The position numbers were made by a program, and so were the translations under genes. A stretch of 58,067 nt of DNA from Anaerolineae bacterium (GTDB lineage Bacteria; Chloroflexota; Anaerolineae; Aggregatilineales; J027), in contig DAOTVD010000126.1 of the NCBI GenBank assembly GCA_034437075.1, positions 1 to 58,067 on the forward strand. The letters are read 5' to 3'. Shown here one piece after another: positions 10,258-20,550 of this stretch. Below the pieces are notes generated by a model. The model had not been told where the DNA came from, ran no database searches, and was given only the letters and a program-made list of their open reading frames with translations. Every line of letters starts with the position of its first letter. Position 1 is the first letter of the stretch.

Positions 10258-11671
10258 CGGCGAATCCTTCTCGCTTGCGCAAGACTTCCAGCAAGGCGCG
10301 GCCAATCAGCGGCGCATCCCCCGCCGACATAATCAGCACCACATCCCCCGCGCGGACTTCTTGCGAAAGCACCTGCGCGGTGGCGAACAGGTCGCCGGAG
10401 TAGCGCGCGTCCGGGTGGCCGGTCTGTTGAATCAGCTTGGCCAAGTCCGGCGCCAGAATGCCCGGCGTGGCGACTTCGCGGGCGGCGTAAATATCCGTCA
10501 CCAGGGCATAATCCGCCGCGCCGAAAGCGCCCGCGAAGCTGCCCGCCAATGTGCGCGAGCGGCTATACGTATGCGGTTGCCAGACGGCCCACAGGCGGCC
10601 TGGGTTTTGCTCGCGCCAGGCGCGCAACGCCGCCGCGATGGCGGTCGGGTGATGGGCATAGTCATTAATGACGCGCACGCCCGCCGCTTCGCCCATCAGT
10701 TCAGCGCGGCGCCCTGTGCCCGCGAAGCTCGCGAGAGCCTCCGTAATGACCGTAAAGGGGACGCCCAAATGCATCGCCACGGCAATGACGGCCATGGCAT
10801 TGCTGACGTTATAGCGCCCCGGCATCGGGAGCCACGCCTGGCCGATGATGCCGCCGCGCGTGGCACCATGGCACACCGAAAAACGCAAGCCGCCCCGCGC
10901 GGGTTCCAGGTCTACGGCCCACCAATCCGCGCGCGGATTGCCCAGGCTATAGGTCTGCACAGAGCGCATGACCGCGCGCCGTTCGGCGGCCAGGGACGCG
11001 GCGACATCATCATCTAAGCACGCGACCAATAAACCATCGGGCTCTAGCCGTTCCATGTACAGCCGAAAAGCCAGCAGCATATCCTCCGGCGCGCGAAAGA
11101 AATCGGTATGATCCCATTCAACGTTCGTCACAACCGCGATATGCGGTTGCAAGCCCAGGAACATATAGCCGTATTCGTCCGCCTCAATGATGAAATGCTC
11201 GCCATTGCCCGCGCCCGCGTTGGTGCCCGTGTTTTTCAAAATCCCGCCCACGATATAACTCGGATCGTGGCCGCTGTGCATCAGGACATGCGCCAGCAAG
11301 GCGGTGGTGGTCGTTTTGCCGTGCGTGCCCGATACCCCGATCACACTCCGATTTTCTAGCCAGGTGGCGATGAAATCGCGCCGCTCTTGCACGGGGATCG
11401 ACGCGGCGCGGGCGGCTTGAATCTCGGGGTTATCTTTGGGGATGGCCGAACTCATGAGCACCAGTTCCGCCCCGGTGATGTGCTCGGGCGCGTGGCCCAT
11501 GAACACCTGCACGCCGTCGCGCTCTAGCGCATCGAGCAGGGCGTTCCGCTCGCGATCCGACCCCGACACGGTATAGCCATCCTCCAAGAGCACGCGCGCA
11601 ATGGCCGACATCCCGAAGCCGCCCATGCCGACGATGTGAATATGCTGGCCGGGTATCAAAATCGGGTCCAT
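10250..11671 (-). CDS. murC: UDP-N-acetylmuramate--L-alanine ligase
   Basis: HIVGMGGFGMSAIA, GTHGKTTTT, EADE, NDYAHHPTAI and WQPHTYSR; start set at ATG 11671. Confidence 0.97.
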   Translation of the reverse strand: MDPILIPGQHIHIVGMGGFGMSAIARVLLEDGYTVSGSDRERNALLDALERDGVQVFMGHAPEHITGAELVLMSSAIPKDNPEIQAARAASIPVQERRDFIATWLENRSVIGVSGTHGKTTTTALLAHVLMHSGHDPSYIVGGILKNTGTNAGAGNGEHFIIEADEYGYMFLGLQPHIAVVTNVEWDHTDFFRAPEDMLLAFRLYMERLEPDGLLVACLDDDVAASLAAERRAVMRSVQTYSLGNPRADWWAVDLEPARGGLRFSVCHGATRGGIIGQAWLPMPGRYNVSNAMAVIAVAMHLGVPFTVITEALASFAGTGRRAELMGEAAGVRVINDYAHHPTAIAAALRAWREQNPGRLWAVWQPHTYSRSRTLAGSFAGAFGAADYALVTDIYAAREVATPGILAPDLAKLIQQTGHPDARYSGDLFATAQVLSQEVRAGDVVLIMSAGDAPLIGRALLEVLRKREGFADG

Positions 11672-11690
11672 ACAGCACAACCTCTAAACG

Positions 11691-12233
11691 TTAACGAAAG
11701 ACAATCACCAACAAGAACAGCCCCACCACCAACCACAGCAGCAGATTCCCCTCTTGCAGCCACACCAAAGGCAACAGGGTGACAAAATCCGCGCTGGTGG
11801 TGCCCACCAGGGGTTGCATAAACAGCGGTTCCAGCGGATATTCGAGTTGATCCATGAAATACCACAACGAGCCCACCACCAGATAGCCATTGAAGGCACC
11901 CACCACCGCGCCCAAGGTGCGCTCGCGCCAGGTATCCGCCCCCGGCAGATTGACACCCCGCGCGCGACGGTATGCCCGGGGCGCAAAGCTGACGGGCGCT
12001 TGCTCATACGCAAAATACGTCAGCGCGATGAGAAGCACCGCCGTCACCAAATAGCGCTGGCGCGCGCCCCCCCCACCAATGAGCAGGTCAATGACGATAT
12101 CGAACTCGGTTAGCACGAACAAACCCAGCAAGATACCCGCCAACGCCACAAACTCGCGATAAAAGCCTCGCAAATAGCCAATCACCGCGAAGAAAAATAC
12201 GCAGATTTGTAGAAAATAGGACAACTCCATCAT
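11691..12233 (-). CDS. CvpA-like (colicin V production family) membrane protein, copy 2
   Basis: IGYLRGFYRE and RTLGAVVGAFNGY; several TM segments; paralog of 12249..12782. Confidence 0.75.
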   Translation of the reverse strand: MMELSYFLQICVFFFAVIGYLRGFYREFVALAGILLGLFVLTEFDIVIDLLIGGGGARQRYLVTAVLLIALTYFAYEQAPVSFAPRAYRRARGVNLPGADTWRERTLGAVVGAFNGYLVVGSLWYFMDQLEYPLEPLFMQPLVGTTSADFVTLLPLVWLQEGNLLLWLVVGLFLLVIVFR

Positions 12234-12248
12234 CGCGGCATCGGCCCC

Positions 12249-12782
12249 TCAGATGATCGCGATTAGGATGAACAGAAACAGCCCGATGACGAACAGCGTG
12301 AGCAAATTGCCTTCCAGCAACCAGGCCAGCGGCAGGTTATCCAGCCAAGCTTCGCTGGCGGAATCTGGCACGGGGGGCTGGATGTCCTCCAGCGGATAGC
12401 CTAGATTATCCAGAAACCACCACAACGACCCAAACACGACATAGCCGTTAAAGCCGCCCGTCAAGACCCCCAGCAGGCGATTCTGCAAGACATCGCGCCC
12501 GCGCCGCGTATTGCCCGCCATGCGCGAAAAACGCCCCGGCGGGGTTTGGTAGGCAAAAAAGGTGACCAGTAACAAGATCAGCGCTTGGACATAAAATAGC
12601 GTACCGCCGGGTTCGTCCGAGCCAGAGGTAAGGTTCACGAAAAAGCTATCAAATTGTTGTAACGTGAACAGCGCCAGCATAATCCCCGAAAGGGCAATTA
12701 ACTCTTTATCGAAGCCGCGCAAATAGCCGATGAGCGCGAAAACGAAAATCGCCAAAATAAGCACGCTGGACAGTTGGATCAC
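12249..12782 (-). CDS. CvpA-like membrane protein, copy 1
   Basis: IGYLRGFDKE and RLLGVLTGGFNGY; start overlaps the murG stop. Confidence 0.75.
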   Translation of the reverse strand: MIQLSSVLILAIFVFALIGYLRGFDKELIALSGIMLALFTLQQFDSFFVNLTSGSDEPGGTLFYVQALILLLVTFFAYQTPPGRFSRMAGNTRRGRDVLQNRLLGVLTGGFNGYVVFGSLWWFLDNLGYPLEDIQPPVPDSASEAWLDNLPLAWLLEGNLLTLFVIGLFLFILIAII

Positions 12783-13882
12783 GTCATTTCCTCCACGATC
12801 ACATGAGCGATGTGTTGCGCTCCATTATCAACCCGTAACGCCCGCGCGGCAAGTCGTAGCGCCTCGCGTTGTTCACGGTCGTCTATTAACATACGCACGG
12901 TCGGGGCCAGTTGCGCGGGCAAGTCCTCGTCTGGCAGTAGCAATGCGGCCCCGCGCGAGGCCAACCAATCGGCGTTGACTTTTTGGTAGCGCCAGGCATA
13001 CGGATAGGGCACCAGCACGGCGGGCAGTTCGAAATACGGGAATTCGCCCAAAACCGACGCCCCCGCGCGGCTGACGACCAAATCCGCCGCTGCCATGGCC
13101 AGGCCCATATTATGCAAATACTCAAATAGATGGTAATGCGCGCGCACTTCCGGCGCGAGTTGGGCATAGGCCGTTTGTACATCCGGCCAATCGGTGCCGC
13201 CCGTCACATGGATGATTTGCACATCCCCCGGCGCCAGGATGGCTTGCACCTGGGCCAATAACGCGCGATTGATCGACCGTGCGCCCCGGCTGCCACCAAA
13301 CACAAGCAAGGTCAAGCGCTGGGTGTCTAGCTCAAAACGTTGTATGCCCGCCGCGCGAGTGGCGGTGCGCACGTCCGCGCGCAGGGGGTAGCCCGTGGCG
13401 ACCACCCGCCGCCTTGGGAAATAAGCAGCGGTGTCCTCGGTGGTGGCCGTCACCACGCGCGCGAAGCGCCCCAGGACCTTGAGCGTCAGGCCCGGCTCAA
13501 TATCTGGCACATAGATGATGATCGGCACGCGCAGCAACCACCCCGCCACCGCCACAGGCACGCTAACCCAGCCGCCCGTGAAAAAGGCCGCCCGGGGACG
13601 TTGGCGCAGGATTATCCCTAGGCTTTGCAGCACGCCCATGCCCAGGCGAACAAGGCTCAGGGCTGCGCGCGGCAACGAAACACCATGCAATGGCCCGGCT
13701 TGCACCGTCGAATAGGCGTCAAATTGGGTGTCTGTCGCCGCGATAAGGTCGTGCTCTAGCCCGGTGGCACTGCCCACAAAATGCAGCGTGATGTCGGGCT
13801 GGTGCTCACGTATCGCGTTGGCGACGGCTAACGCGGGATATATGCCCCCGCCGGTACCGCCCGCTGACAGCAGGAGTCTCAC
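12779..13882 (-). CDS. murG: Lipid II GlcNAc transferase MurG
   Basis: GGTGGGIYPA, FTGGWVS, GGSRGA, SRAGAS and YQKVNA; GTG start. Confidence 0.97.
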   Translation of the reverse strand: MRLLLSAGGTGGGIYPALAVANAIREHQPDITLHFVGSATGLEHDLIAATDTQFDAYSTVQAGPLHGVSLPRAALSLVRLGMGVLQSLGIILRQRPRAAFFTGGWVSVPVAVAGWLLRVPIIIYVPDIEPGLTLKVLGRFARVVTATTEDTAAYFPRRRVVATGYPLRADVRTATRAAGIQRFELDTQRLTLLVFGGSRGARSINRALLAQVQAILAPGDVQIIHVTGGTDWPDVQTAYAQLAPEVRAHYHLFEYLHNMGLAMAAADLVVSRAGASVLGEFPYFELPAVLVPYPYAWRYQKVNADWLASRGAALLLPDEDLPAQLAPTVRMLIDDREQREALRLAARALRVDNGAQHIAHVIVEEMT

Positions 13883-15134
13883 GCGCGTTTTCCTTTTCCG
13901 CTTCCGATGGGGTAGCTGACGCCTCGGGTTGTTCGGCCAGGCGCGCGTCTAGGGGCAACGCCACGGGCCGTTCGGCGCGCTCGGGTGGGGTGCGGGCGGC
14001 CTGGCGTGAAACCGACAACACCAACCCGACCCCGGCCATGGCCGTCACCAGGCTGCTGCCCCCAAAGCTGATGAATGGTAATGGCACGCCCGTCGGCGGC
14101 ACCAGGGCCGTCATAACCGCGATGTTCAAAATGGCGTCGTAGGCGATCCACAGCACCACGCCGGAGGACACCAGCGCCCCGAATAAATCCGGCGCGTTGC
14201 GGGCCACCACAAACCCCCGATAAACCAGCACAACGAACAAACTGAGCACTAAGAACGACCCCATCAGGCCCAGTTCCTCGCCAATGACGGCGAAAATACT
14301 ATCCGTGTGCGGGAAGGGCAAACGCCCGAACTTCTGGGTGCCTTCGCCCAGGCCCACGCCGAACAATTGCCCGTTCAAAAAGGCTTCCACCGCCGCCTGA
14401 ACGTGCTCATTGGCTTGGGTTAAATCCTGAATGGCTGCCAGATGATCCGCGATGCGGCTTTGGGCATAGGGCAAGCGGGTGATGAGCATGTAGCCCAGGC
14501 CCCCCGCGCCGCCCGCCAACAAACCCAACTGCAACCAATCGGCCCCCGCCAGGAAGAACAGCGTCAACGAGGTGGCCAAAATAGTCGCCGCCGTGCTGAG
14601 GTCGGGCTGCAAGACCAGCAAAAAGCAGGTTAGGCCCACCAGAATCCCAAAGGGCAAAAGCCCATAAGAAATATTCTTGAGTTGCCTTTGGCGACTGGCC
14701 AACCAAGCCGCCATGTAGATGACGACGGCCAGCTTGGCAAATTCGCCGGGCTGCACCGAGCCCTCGAACAGCGAACGCTGCGCGGCCAGGCGTTGTTCGC
14801 CAAACTGCAACACGATCACCAAGGTCAAAATGGTGCCGAGCATAATCCACAGGCTGAAACGCTTCCAGACGCGATAATCAATCATCACCAGCAGGGCCAT
14901 GACCATGAACCCGATGACGAAATTGCGCACATGTAAGCGGAAAAAGTAGGTCGTGGTGGCGTCTTCGGTGGCCAGAAACGACGGGCTAATGCTGGCCGAA
15001 TAGACCATCAAAAAGCCCATCGCGCACAGCACCGCCATGGCCAAAAAGAGATAAATGTCGAAATCCAGCGCAAACATGCGGCGCTGGGTGCCCGATTGCG
15101 ATGATGTTGGACGGGTTAAGGCTGTATCACTCAT
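13806..15134 (-). CDS. ftsW: SEDS family peptidoglycan polymerase FtsW
   Basis: VQPGEFAK, LQPDLSTA, PHTDSIFAVIGEELG and GVPLPFISFGGSS; C-terminal tail overlaps the murG start by 77 nt. Confidence 0.96.
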   Translation of the reverse strand: MSDTALTRPTSSQSGTQRRMFALDFDIYLFLAMAVLCAMGFLMVYSASISPSFLATEDATTTYFFRLHVRNFVIGFMVMALLVMIDYRVWKRFSLWIMLGTILTLVIVLQFGEQRLAAQRSLFEGSVQPGEFAKLAVVIYMAAWLASRQRQLKNISYGLLPFGILVGLTCFLLVLQPDLSTAATILATSLTLFFLAGADWLQLGLLAGGAGGLGYMLITRLPYAQSRIADHLAAIQDLTQANEHVQAAVEAFLNGQLFGVGLGEGTQKFGRLPFPHTDSIFAVIGEELGLMGSFLVLSLFVVLVYRGFVVARNAPDLFGALVSSGVVLWIAYDAILNIAVMTALVPPTGVPLPFISFGGSSLVTAMAGVGLVLSVSRQAARTPPERAERPVALPLDARLAEQPEASATPSEAEKENARETPAVSGRYRRGHISRVSRRQRDT

Positions 15135-15152
15135 GGCTGTATTATGCGCTCT

Positions 15153-16574
15153 TTATGACTTATCTTGCAAGCGCTGCACCAGATCGCGGAAGTGGTCGCC
15201 GCGTTCGGCAAAGTCCCGATAGGCATCGTAGGACGTGCCGCCGGGGCTCAGCAACACCACATAGCCAGATTGCGCGACCTTGGCCGCCCGGTGCACGGCT
15301 TCATCCAGGGTATTAACGACCACAATCCGCTGCAAACGCCCGCCGATGACGCCGCGCTGAGCGCGCTTGATGGCATCTGCGATGGCCATGCGATGGTCGC
15401 CGAAGGTAATCACCACGCGGCAGCGTTCCACCGCCAGGGCGGCCATATCGTTCCAGGGCAGGTCTTTATCTTTGCCGCCGGCCAATAAGACCAGCGGTTC
15501 TTCAAAGCTACGCAACGCGGCGCTGACGCGCTCTGGCGCGGTAGCGATACTGTCGTTGACCCATTGCACGCCGTTTATCTCCGCGACGAACTCCAGGCGA
15601 TGTTCCACGCCAGAAAAATGGATAATCGCTTCGCGCATCGCCTCGGTGCTGACCCCCACGCGCCCCGCTAGGGCACACGCGGCCAACACATTCTGGATAT
15701 TATGCGCGCCGCGCAAGCGAATATCGCCCACTTCGCACACAACTTTGGCTTCGTGCGTAGGGCTGCATATCCCGGCTACGGCCAAGCGTTTGCCCAGCAA
15801 AAACGCGCCATCCGTCACCATATGCTGCGCGGAAAACCGCGCCACCTGGGCCGGCGCCAGGTCTTCCAACTGTTTGGCCGCCAGGTTATCGTCGCTCAAA
15901 ATGACCGTATCATCGCCACGTTGGTGCAAGAAAATGTTGGCTTTCGCAGCGGCGTAATTCTGAAAGCTGCCGTGTCGGTCGAGATGATTGGGCGTGATAT
16001 TCAATACGGCGGCAATATCCGGGCTGATGTCGGCAATTTCCAGTTGAAAACTGCTTAACTCCATCACGACCACATCTTCCGGCCCTATGTCGGCCAGGTC
16101 ATCCAACAGCACATGGCCAATATTGCCCCCGACCCAAGTCTTGCGGCCATCGGCGCGGCACATTTCGCCGAGTAACGAGGTGGTGGTCGTTTTGCCGGCG
16201 CTGCCCGTAATGCCCACCACCAGCGCCGGGCAACGTTCCAAAAAGAGGAGCGCATCATTCCGTACGGGTATATCTCGCTGGCGCGCTTCTTCGATAAACG
16301 GGATAGTCGGTGGTACACCACCCGAGATGCAGACCATATCGGTTTCTTCTAACAGCGCAATGGTATGGCCGCCCAAATCCAGCGCGACATTATCACCCAG
16401 GGTCGTCAGTTCGAGCATTTCATCGGCCAATTCGCCAAAGTCTTTACTATCCGAAAGGGTGACCCGCGCGCCCTGGGTGGGCAACCAACGCGCCAAAGCT
16501 TTCCCCTGGCGCCCGATACCCAATACCATCACGTGTTTTCCATCTAGCGAGAGCGGATCGTCGTTCATAAGCAT
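15153..16574 (-). CDS. murD: UDP-MurNAc-L-Ala--D-Glu ligase
   Basis: GITGSAGKTTTT, ELSSFQLE, NITPNHLDRH, NDSIAT and LSPGGTSYDAY. Confidence 0.98.
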   Translation of the reverse strand: MLMNDDPLSLDGKHVMVLGIGRQGKALARWLPTQGARVTLSDSKDFGELADEMLELTTLGDNVALDLGGHTIALLEETDMVCISGGVPPTIPFIEEARQRDIPVRNDALLFLERCPALVVGITGSAGKTTTTSLLGEMCRADGRKTWVGGNIGHVLLDDLADIGPEDVVVMELSSFQLEIADISPDIAAVLNITPNHLDRHGSFQNYAAAKANIFLHQRGDDTVILSDDNLAAKQLEDLAPAQVARFSAQHMVTDGAFLLGKRLAVAGICSPTHEAKVVCEVGDIRLRGAHNIQNVLAACALAGRVGVSTEAMREAIIHFSGVEHRLEFVAEINGVQWVNDSIATAPERVSAALRSFEEPLVLLAGGKDKDLPWNDMAALAVERCRVVITFGDHRMAIADAIKRAQRGVIGGRLQRIVVVNTLDEAVHRAAKVAQSGYVVLLSPGGTSYDAYRDFAERGDHFRDLVQRLQDKS

Positions 16575-16639
16575 ACTTTCATCATGTTCATTCGGTTTCT
16601 ATCGCCCTCGATTGTAACAAGGCTTGCGGCGGATTCCCG

Positions 16640-17158
16640 CTAATCGGCAAATTCGAGGCTCAAGAGCGTTTTGGAAAGGGGCAACACAAACGCGCGATAG
16701 CGCACGCCATCCCGCACCAAGCCGTCCAGATCATCCCCCACTACGAAGCGCTCATCCCCCAGCAGCAGGTAGTGCCCCCAGAGCCGCGCGGGCGCGCGCA
16801 CACTGCGCACCCGGCCATCAATCAAATCGACCAGCAAGAGCAAGCTAGGCCAATTGGCCAGGGCATAGAGCACGCCCAACAAGCCGCCAATGAGCAAACC
16901 GACAATCGCGCGGTTGTCCTCCAGGGCCGCGCGGGGACTGATGCCCGTTTCTAGGCTGATGAGCGCCAGCCCCAACAACACCGGCACGCTCATCAAAACC
17001 AGGCCGCCGAGTAATGTCCCGATAAAGCGCCCCCACAGGCGCCGCCGTTGCCGCCGGGAAAGCCGCCGCTGACGATTGGCGCGGATGTCATCGGGCGTAA
17101 AGTTGAACACATCGCCCAGCGTCACGCGGTCATCGGATGGTTCCAGCATCATACTCAT
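16640..17158 (-). CDS. Hypothetical two-TM membrane protein, translationally coupled to mraY
   Basis: ATG 17158 overlaps the mraY TGA (ATGA); 172 aa with two hydrophobic segments. The track's longer version lies out of frame inside mraY. Confidence 0.75.
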   Translation of the reverse strand: MSMMLEPSDDRVTLGDVFNFTPDDIRANRQRRLSRRQRRRLWGRFIGTLLGGLVLMSVPVLLGLALISLETGISPRAALEDNRAIVGLLIGGLLGVLYALANWPSLLLLVDLIDGRVRSVRAPARLWGHYLLLGDERFVVGDDLDGLVRDGVRYRAFVLPLSKTLLSLEFAD

Positions 17159-18171
17159 ACAAGCACCAACGCAATCCCTACCATGGCCGACAGAATCGCC
17201 ACCAACCAGAAGCGCTGCACGACCTGCGTCTCGCTCCAATCGCCTTCTTCGAAGTGATGATGCAAGGGCGCTTTGCGGAAAATCCGCATACCCCCGCTCC
17301 ATTTGTAGTACGTGACTTGAATAATGACGCTCAGCACTTCGGCTACCGGAATAATGGCAATAAGCGGCAAGACGATCCATTGCCCGGTCATCAGCGAGAC
17401 CGTGCCCAGCGCCGCCCCCAAAGAGAGCGAGCCAACATCCCCCATGAACATCTGCGCGGGCTTGGCGTTGAACCACAAAAAGCCGAAGCAGGCCCCCACC
17501 ATGATGAAGCAAAATTGCACCAAAAACGCCTGGCCTTGCAAAGTTGCGATAACGCCATACGCCGCGAAGGCCGTCGCCGTAATGATCCCGGCCAGGCCAT
17601 CCATGCCATCGGTCAGATTCACCGCGTTGGAGGTGCCCACGATAATCAGAATAGCAACCGGAATCCAGATGACCTGGGGCAGGCTAATCTCGCCGGGGAT
17701 GAGTGGAAACAGCACCACATTCGCGAACTGAGTATCGCCAAAGCTCATCACCAACACCGCCACCGCCGCCAAAGACAACTGCCCCGCGAATTTCGTCCGC
17801 GCCGAGATGCCCTGCCCCAACGGTGCCCGCCCCAGGATGCCTTCGGCGTCATCATAAAACCCCAGCAGGCCGAACCCAACCAGCACGAACAAGGGCAACA
17901 GAATGCTTTCCCCGGTCAGCCCTTCGCGCACCAGCGCGACGAGATTCAGCCCGAGCGTGATGACGATGGCGGGCACCAGGATAATAATCCCGCCGGAGGT
18001 AGGCGTCCCCGCTTTGGCCTGGTGGGACTCGCTGAGTTCAACCCGGATTTTCTTGCCCCATTTCAGCAGGCGCAAAATCTCTAAAAAAGGATCGCCCCAC
18101 ATCACCACCAGCAGGAATGTCACCCCGCCCAGGGTCAATGCAAACGGCAGATCGTTGAGTTCCCCGGCCAT
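17155..18171 (-). CDS. mraY: Phospho-N-acetylmuramoyl-pentapeptide transferase
   Basis: KAGTPTSGG, YDD, NAVNLTDGMDGLA, FMGDVGSL and APLHHHFE. Confidence 0.98.
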   Translation of the reverse strand: MAGELNDLPFALTLGGVTFLLVVMWGDPFLEILRLLKWGKKIRVELSESHQAKAGTPTSGGIIILVPAIVITLGLNLVALVREGLTGESILLPLFVLVGFGLLGFYDDAEGILGRAPLGQGISARTKFAGQLSLAAVAVLVMSFGDTQFANVVLFPLIPGEISLPQVIWIPVAILIIVGTSNAVNLTDGMDGLAGIITATAFAAYGVIATLQGQAFLVQFCFIMVGACFGFLWFNAKPAQMFMGDVGSLSLGAALGTVSLMTGQWIVLPLIAIIPVAEVLSVIIQVTYYKWSGGMRIFRKAPLHHHFEEGDWSETQVVQRFWLVAILSAMVGIALVLV

Positions 18172-18182
18172 GTTAGCTCCGC

Positions 18183-19928
18183 CTAATCCCGGTCAAAGGG
18201 CCGTCCGCCTTCTTGCATCAGCCCCAGGCGCACATCATCGGGCGGGATTTCCAGCAGCACGACTAGGCGTTCCACCAATTGCTGAAAGACTGGCGCCGCC
18301 GTCTGGCTGCCCCAATAGCCCGCTGGTCGGTCAAGCACCACCAGCACCGACACCGCCGGATCGTCCGCTGGCAAAAAGCCGATGAACGAGGCCCACGAAT
18401 CGGTCTGCGAATAGCCACCCGGGATGGGCTGCTGCGCCGTGCCCGTTTTGCCCGCGATGCTATAGCCTTCTACGCGCGCCAATTCGCCAAACGAGCCCGG
18501 CGCTATCGCCTCGACCATAACCTCGGTGATGGCCCGCGCCACTTCGGCGGAAATAGGCCGCGAGATGGGCGTCGGCGTCGTGGGGAAGCGCCGTTCGCCG
18601 TCCATGCGTTCGCGCACGATATGCGGTTGCATCAGCAAGCCATCGTTGGCGATAGCGTTCGCAGCGGCCAACATCTGCAAGGGCGAGACGGCGATACCCT
18701 GGCCATAGCTGACGTTCAAAAAGTCCGCCTCACTCCATAACGTATCGCCGGGCAGATTCAGTAAGCCTTCGGCTTCGCCTTCCAGGTCAACACCTGTGGC
18801 CGTGCCAAAGCCAAATTCTTGCAGCAGTGGATAAACGGTCGAGGGGCCAACGGTCATGTACCAGGTGGCGGTGCAGGTATTCAGCGATTCGGTTAGGCAG
18901 CGCCGAAAGTCTACATTCCCCTTGGGGATGCGGTCGGAGTCACAGATGCGCACACCCACGGCCTCGAAACAGCCCGTATTGTTGTACGTCCAATTCAGGT
19001 CTAAGCCGGGCTCGTTGGCTTGTAGCGCAATGGCCGCCGTGATGATCTTGATAATGCTGCCGGGTTCGTACAAGCTGCTGACCGCCGGGTTATAAGTCAC
19101 TGGGCCGCCGTCCTCGGGGCTTTCGGGGAATTCGCCGGGGCCAAAAAATGGATAGGATAACATGCCCAGTATTTCCCCCGTGCGCGGGTTCATGACGATG
19201 AGCGTACCGCCCTGAGCCTGCTGAGTTTCGATGGCGTCTTGCAGCACACCACGCAACAAAAACTGAATATCGCGGTCGAGCGTCAGCACCAGGCTTTGGC
19301 CATCGCGCGCTTCGGGCACTTCAGACACGTTAAGCAGCGTCCCCTCGTTTTCGACCTCGCGCGCGGTGCCCGCCAGCACCCGATTGTAATTGCCCTCGAT
19401 GCCATAAAAGCCACGCTCGCTATAATTCACGAAGCCGAGCATCTGCGCGGTCAGTTCGCCCTGTGGGTAGGCCCGGCGCGGGATGGACTCAATCTGCAAG
19501 CCGAAGATGTCCAGGTCTTCTAGTTCGCGCGCGGTGGCATCGTCGATGGGGCTGGCCAGCAGCACGTACTGCGCGAAAACGCCGTTACGATCTGGCAAAA
19601 GATTCCGGTAGACCTCTTCGTCATTCAAATCCAAGACGGTGGCAATTTGGGTCGCGGCTTCGCGCCGATTCAACACCAGCGACGGGCTAATCCCCACGCG
19701 GTATTCAAACGTGTTCACGGCCAGCACCACGCCATCGCGGTCATAAATTTGGCCTCGGTTGGGCTGCACGGCCTGGCGCACGACACCTTCCGAAGCGGAC
19801 GAGGTCTCGAATTCTTGAATGCTGGTGCTCAGGCGCAGTTGAAACGAGAGCAATTGCCCCACCACGACCGTTGCCGCAATGGCGAGCATGATCAATACCA
19901 GGGTAGAACGACGAGCAAAAATATCCAT
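18183..19928 (-). CDS. ftsI: Class B penicillin-binding protein (FtsI/PBP3-like)
   Basis: RGQIYDRDG, EPGSIIK (SxxK), SLN (SxN) and KTG motifs; N-terminal TM. Confidence 0.93.
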   Translation of the reverse strand: MDIFARRSTLVLIMLAIAATVVVGQLLSFQLRLSTSIQEFETSSASEGVVRQAVQPNRGQIYDRDGVVLAVNTFEYRVGISPSLVLNRREAATQIATVLDLNDEEVYRNLLPDRNGVFAQYVLLASPIDDATARELEDLDIFGLQIESIPRRAYPQGELTAQMLGFVNYSERGFYGIEGNYNRVLAGTAREVENEGTLLNVSEVPEARDGQSLVLTLDRDIQFLLRGVLQDAIETQQAQGGTLIVMNPRTGEILGMLSYPFFGPGEFPESPEDGGPVTYNPAVSSLYEPGSIIKIITAAIALQANEPGLDLNWTYNNTGCFEAVGVRICDSDRIPKGNVDFRRCLTESLNTCTATWYMTVGPSTVYPLLQEFGFGTATGVDLEGEAEGLLNLPGDTLWSEADFLNVSYGQGIAVSPLQMLAAANAIANDGLLMQPHIVRERMDGERRFPTTPTPISRPISAEVARAITEVMVEAIAPGSFGELARVEGYSIAGKTGTAQQPIPGGYSQTDSWASFIGFLPADDPAVSVLVVLDRPAGYWGSQTAAPVFQQLVERLVVLLEIPPDDVRLGLMQEGGRPFDRD

Positions 19929-19962
19929 AACGGTTTCCTCTGGCTATTCGCGGCTCTGGTAG

Positions 19963-20442
19963 CTATTCCTGGCTCCAGGCCGTGAACAACGCGCGCAAGG
20001 CATCAAATTGGCGGGTGAGCCACCCCGCGAAATTATCATCATACACTTGTGGTGTGGGCGTCACCAGCACGGGCGTCAGCGTGGGCGCGGGTTGGTCGTA
20101 TACATAGCCGTCAATGACAATATACTGAATGTCTTCTGGCCTAGCGGTGACGAACCCCAGTGCCGCCGCGCGTTCCATCAGATTCGGCACGCTGTTTAGT
20201 TCGGCGCTTTCGGCGCGCAATAGTTCGATATCGCGCAGCAGTCGGTCGCGGTCTTCGCGCATTTGCTGAATATCGCGCGCGGTCGTGACGGTGGTTGTCG
20301 CCTGCACCAGATACAGCGCGCCGATAATCAGCGACACGACCACGAACAAAACCAACACCGCGACGAACTGTTGTTGTTCGCGACGGAGGCGGGCGTTGCG
20401 CCGGGGCCGGGCGGGGTCTTCGGTATGGCGTCCATCTAACAT
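19963..20442 (-). CDS. ftsL: FtsL-like septation protein
   Basis: Short basic N-terminus, one TM, then a coiled coil; immediately upstream of ftsI. Confidence 0.65.
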   Translation of the reverse strand: MLDGRHTEDPARPRRNARLRREQQQFVAVLVLFVVVSLIIGALYLVQATTTVTTARDIQQMREDRDRLLRDIELLRAESAELNSVPNLMERAAALGFVTARPEDIQYIVIDGYVYDQPAPTLTPVLVTPTPQVYDDNFAGWLTRQFDALRALFTAWSQE

Positions 20443-20550
20443 ACCCCCATTATACCGAGTCGGCCCGCCTTGCGTTAACCGCTGGTCATTTGGCGCTATG
20501 CTTTTAGACCCAAGCAGCAGCGCGCCGCTGATTTTCTCATGCGCGTGAAT

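Noticed and set aside
17159-17512. N-terminal extension making the mraY-downstream ORF 290 aa
   Set aside because: It lies out of frame within mraY; the ATGA-coupled start at 17158 is more plausible.
19935-19980. Imperfect echo of the ftsL 3' end (AGCCAGGAATAG versus AGCCGCGAATAG)
   Set aside because: Too short and degenerate to count as a fourth junction duplication, though worth rechecking in a genome-wide scan.
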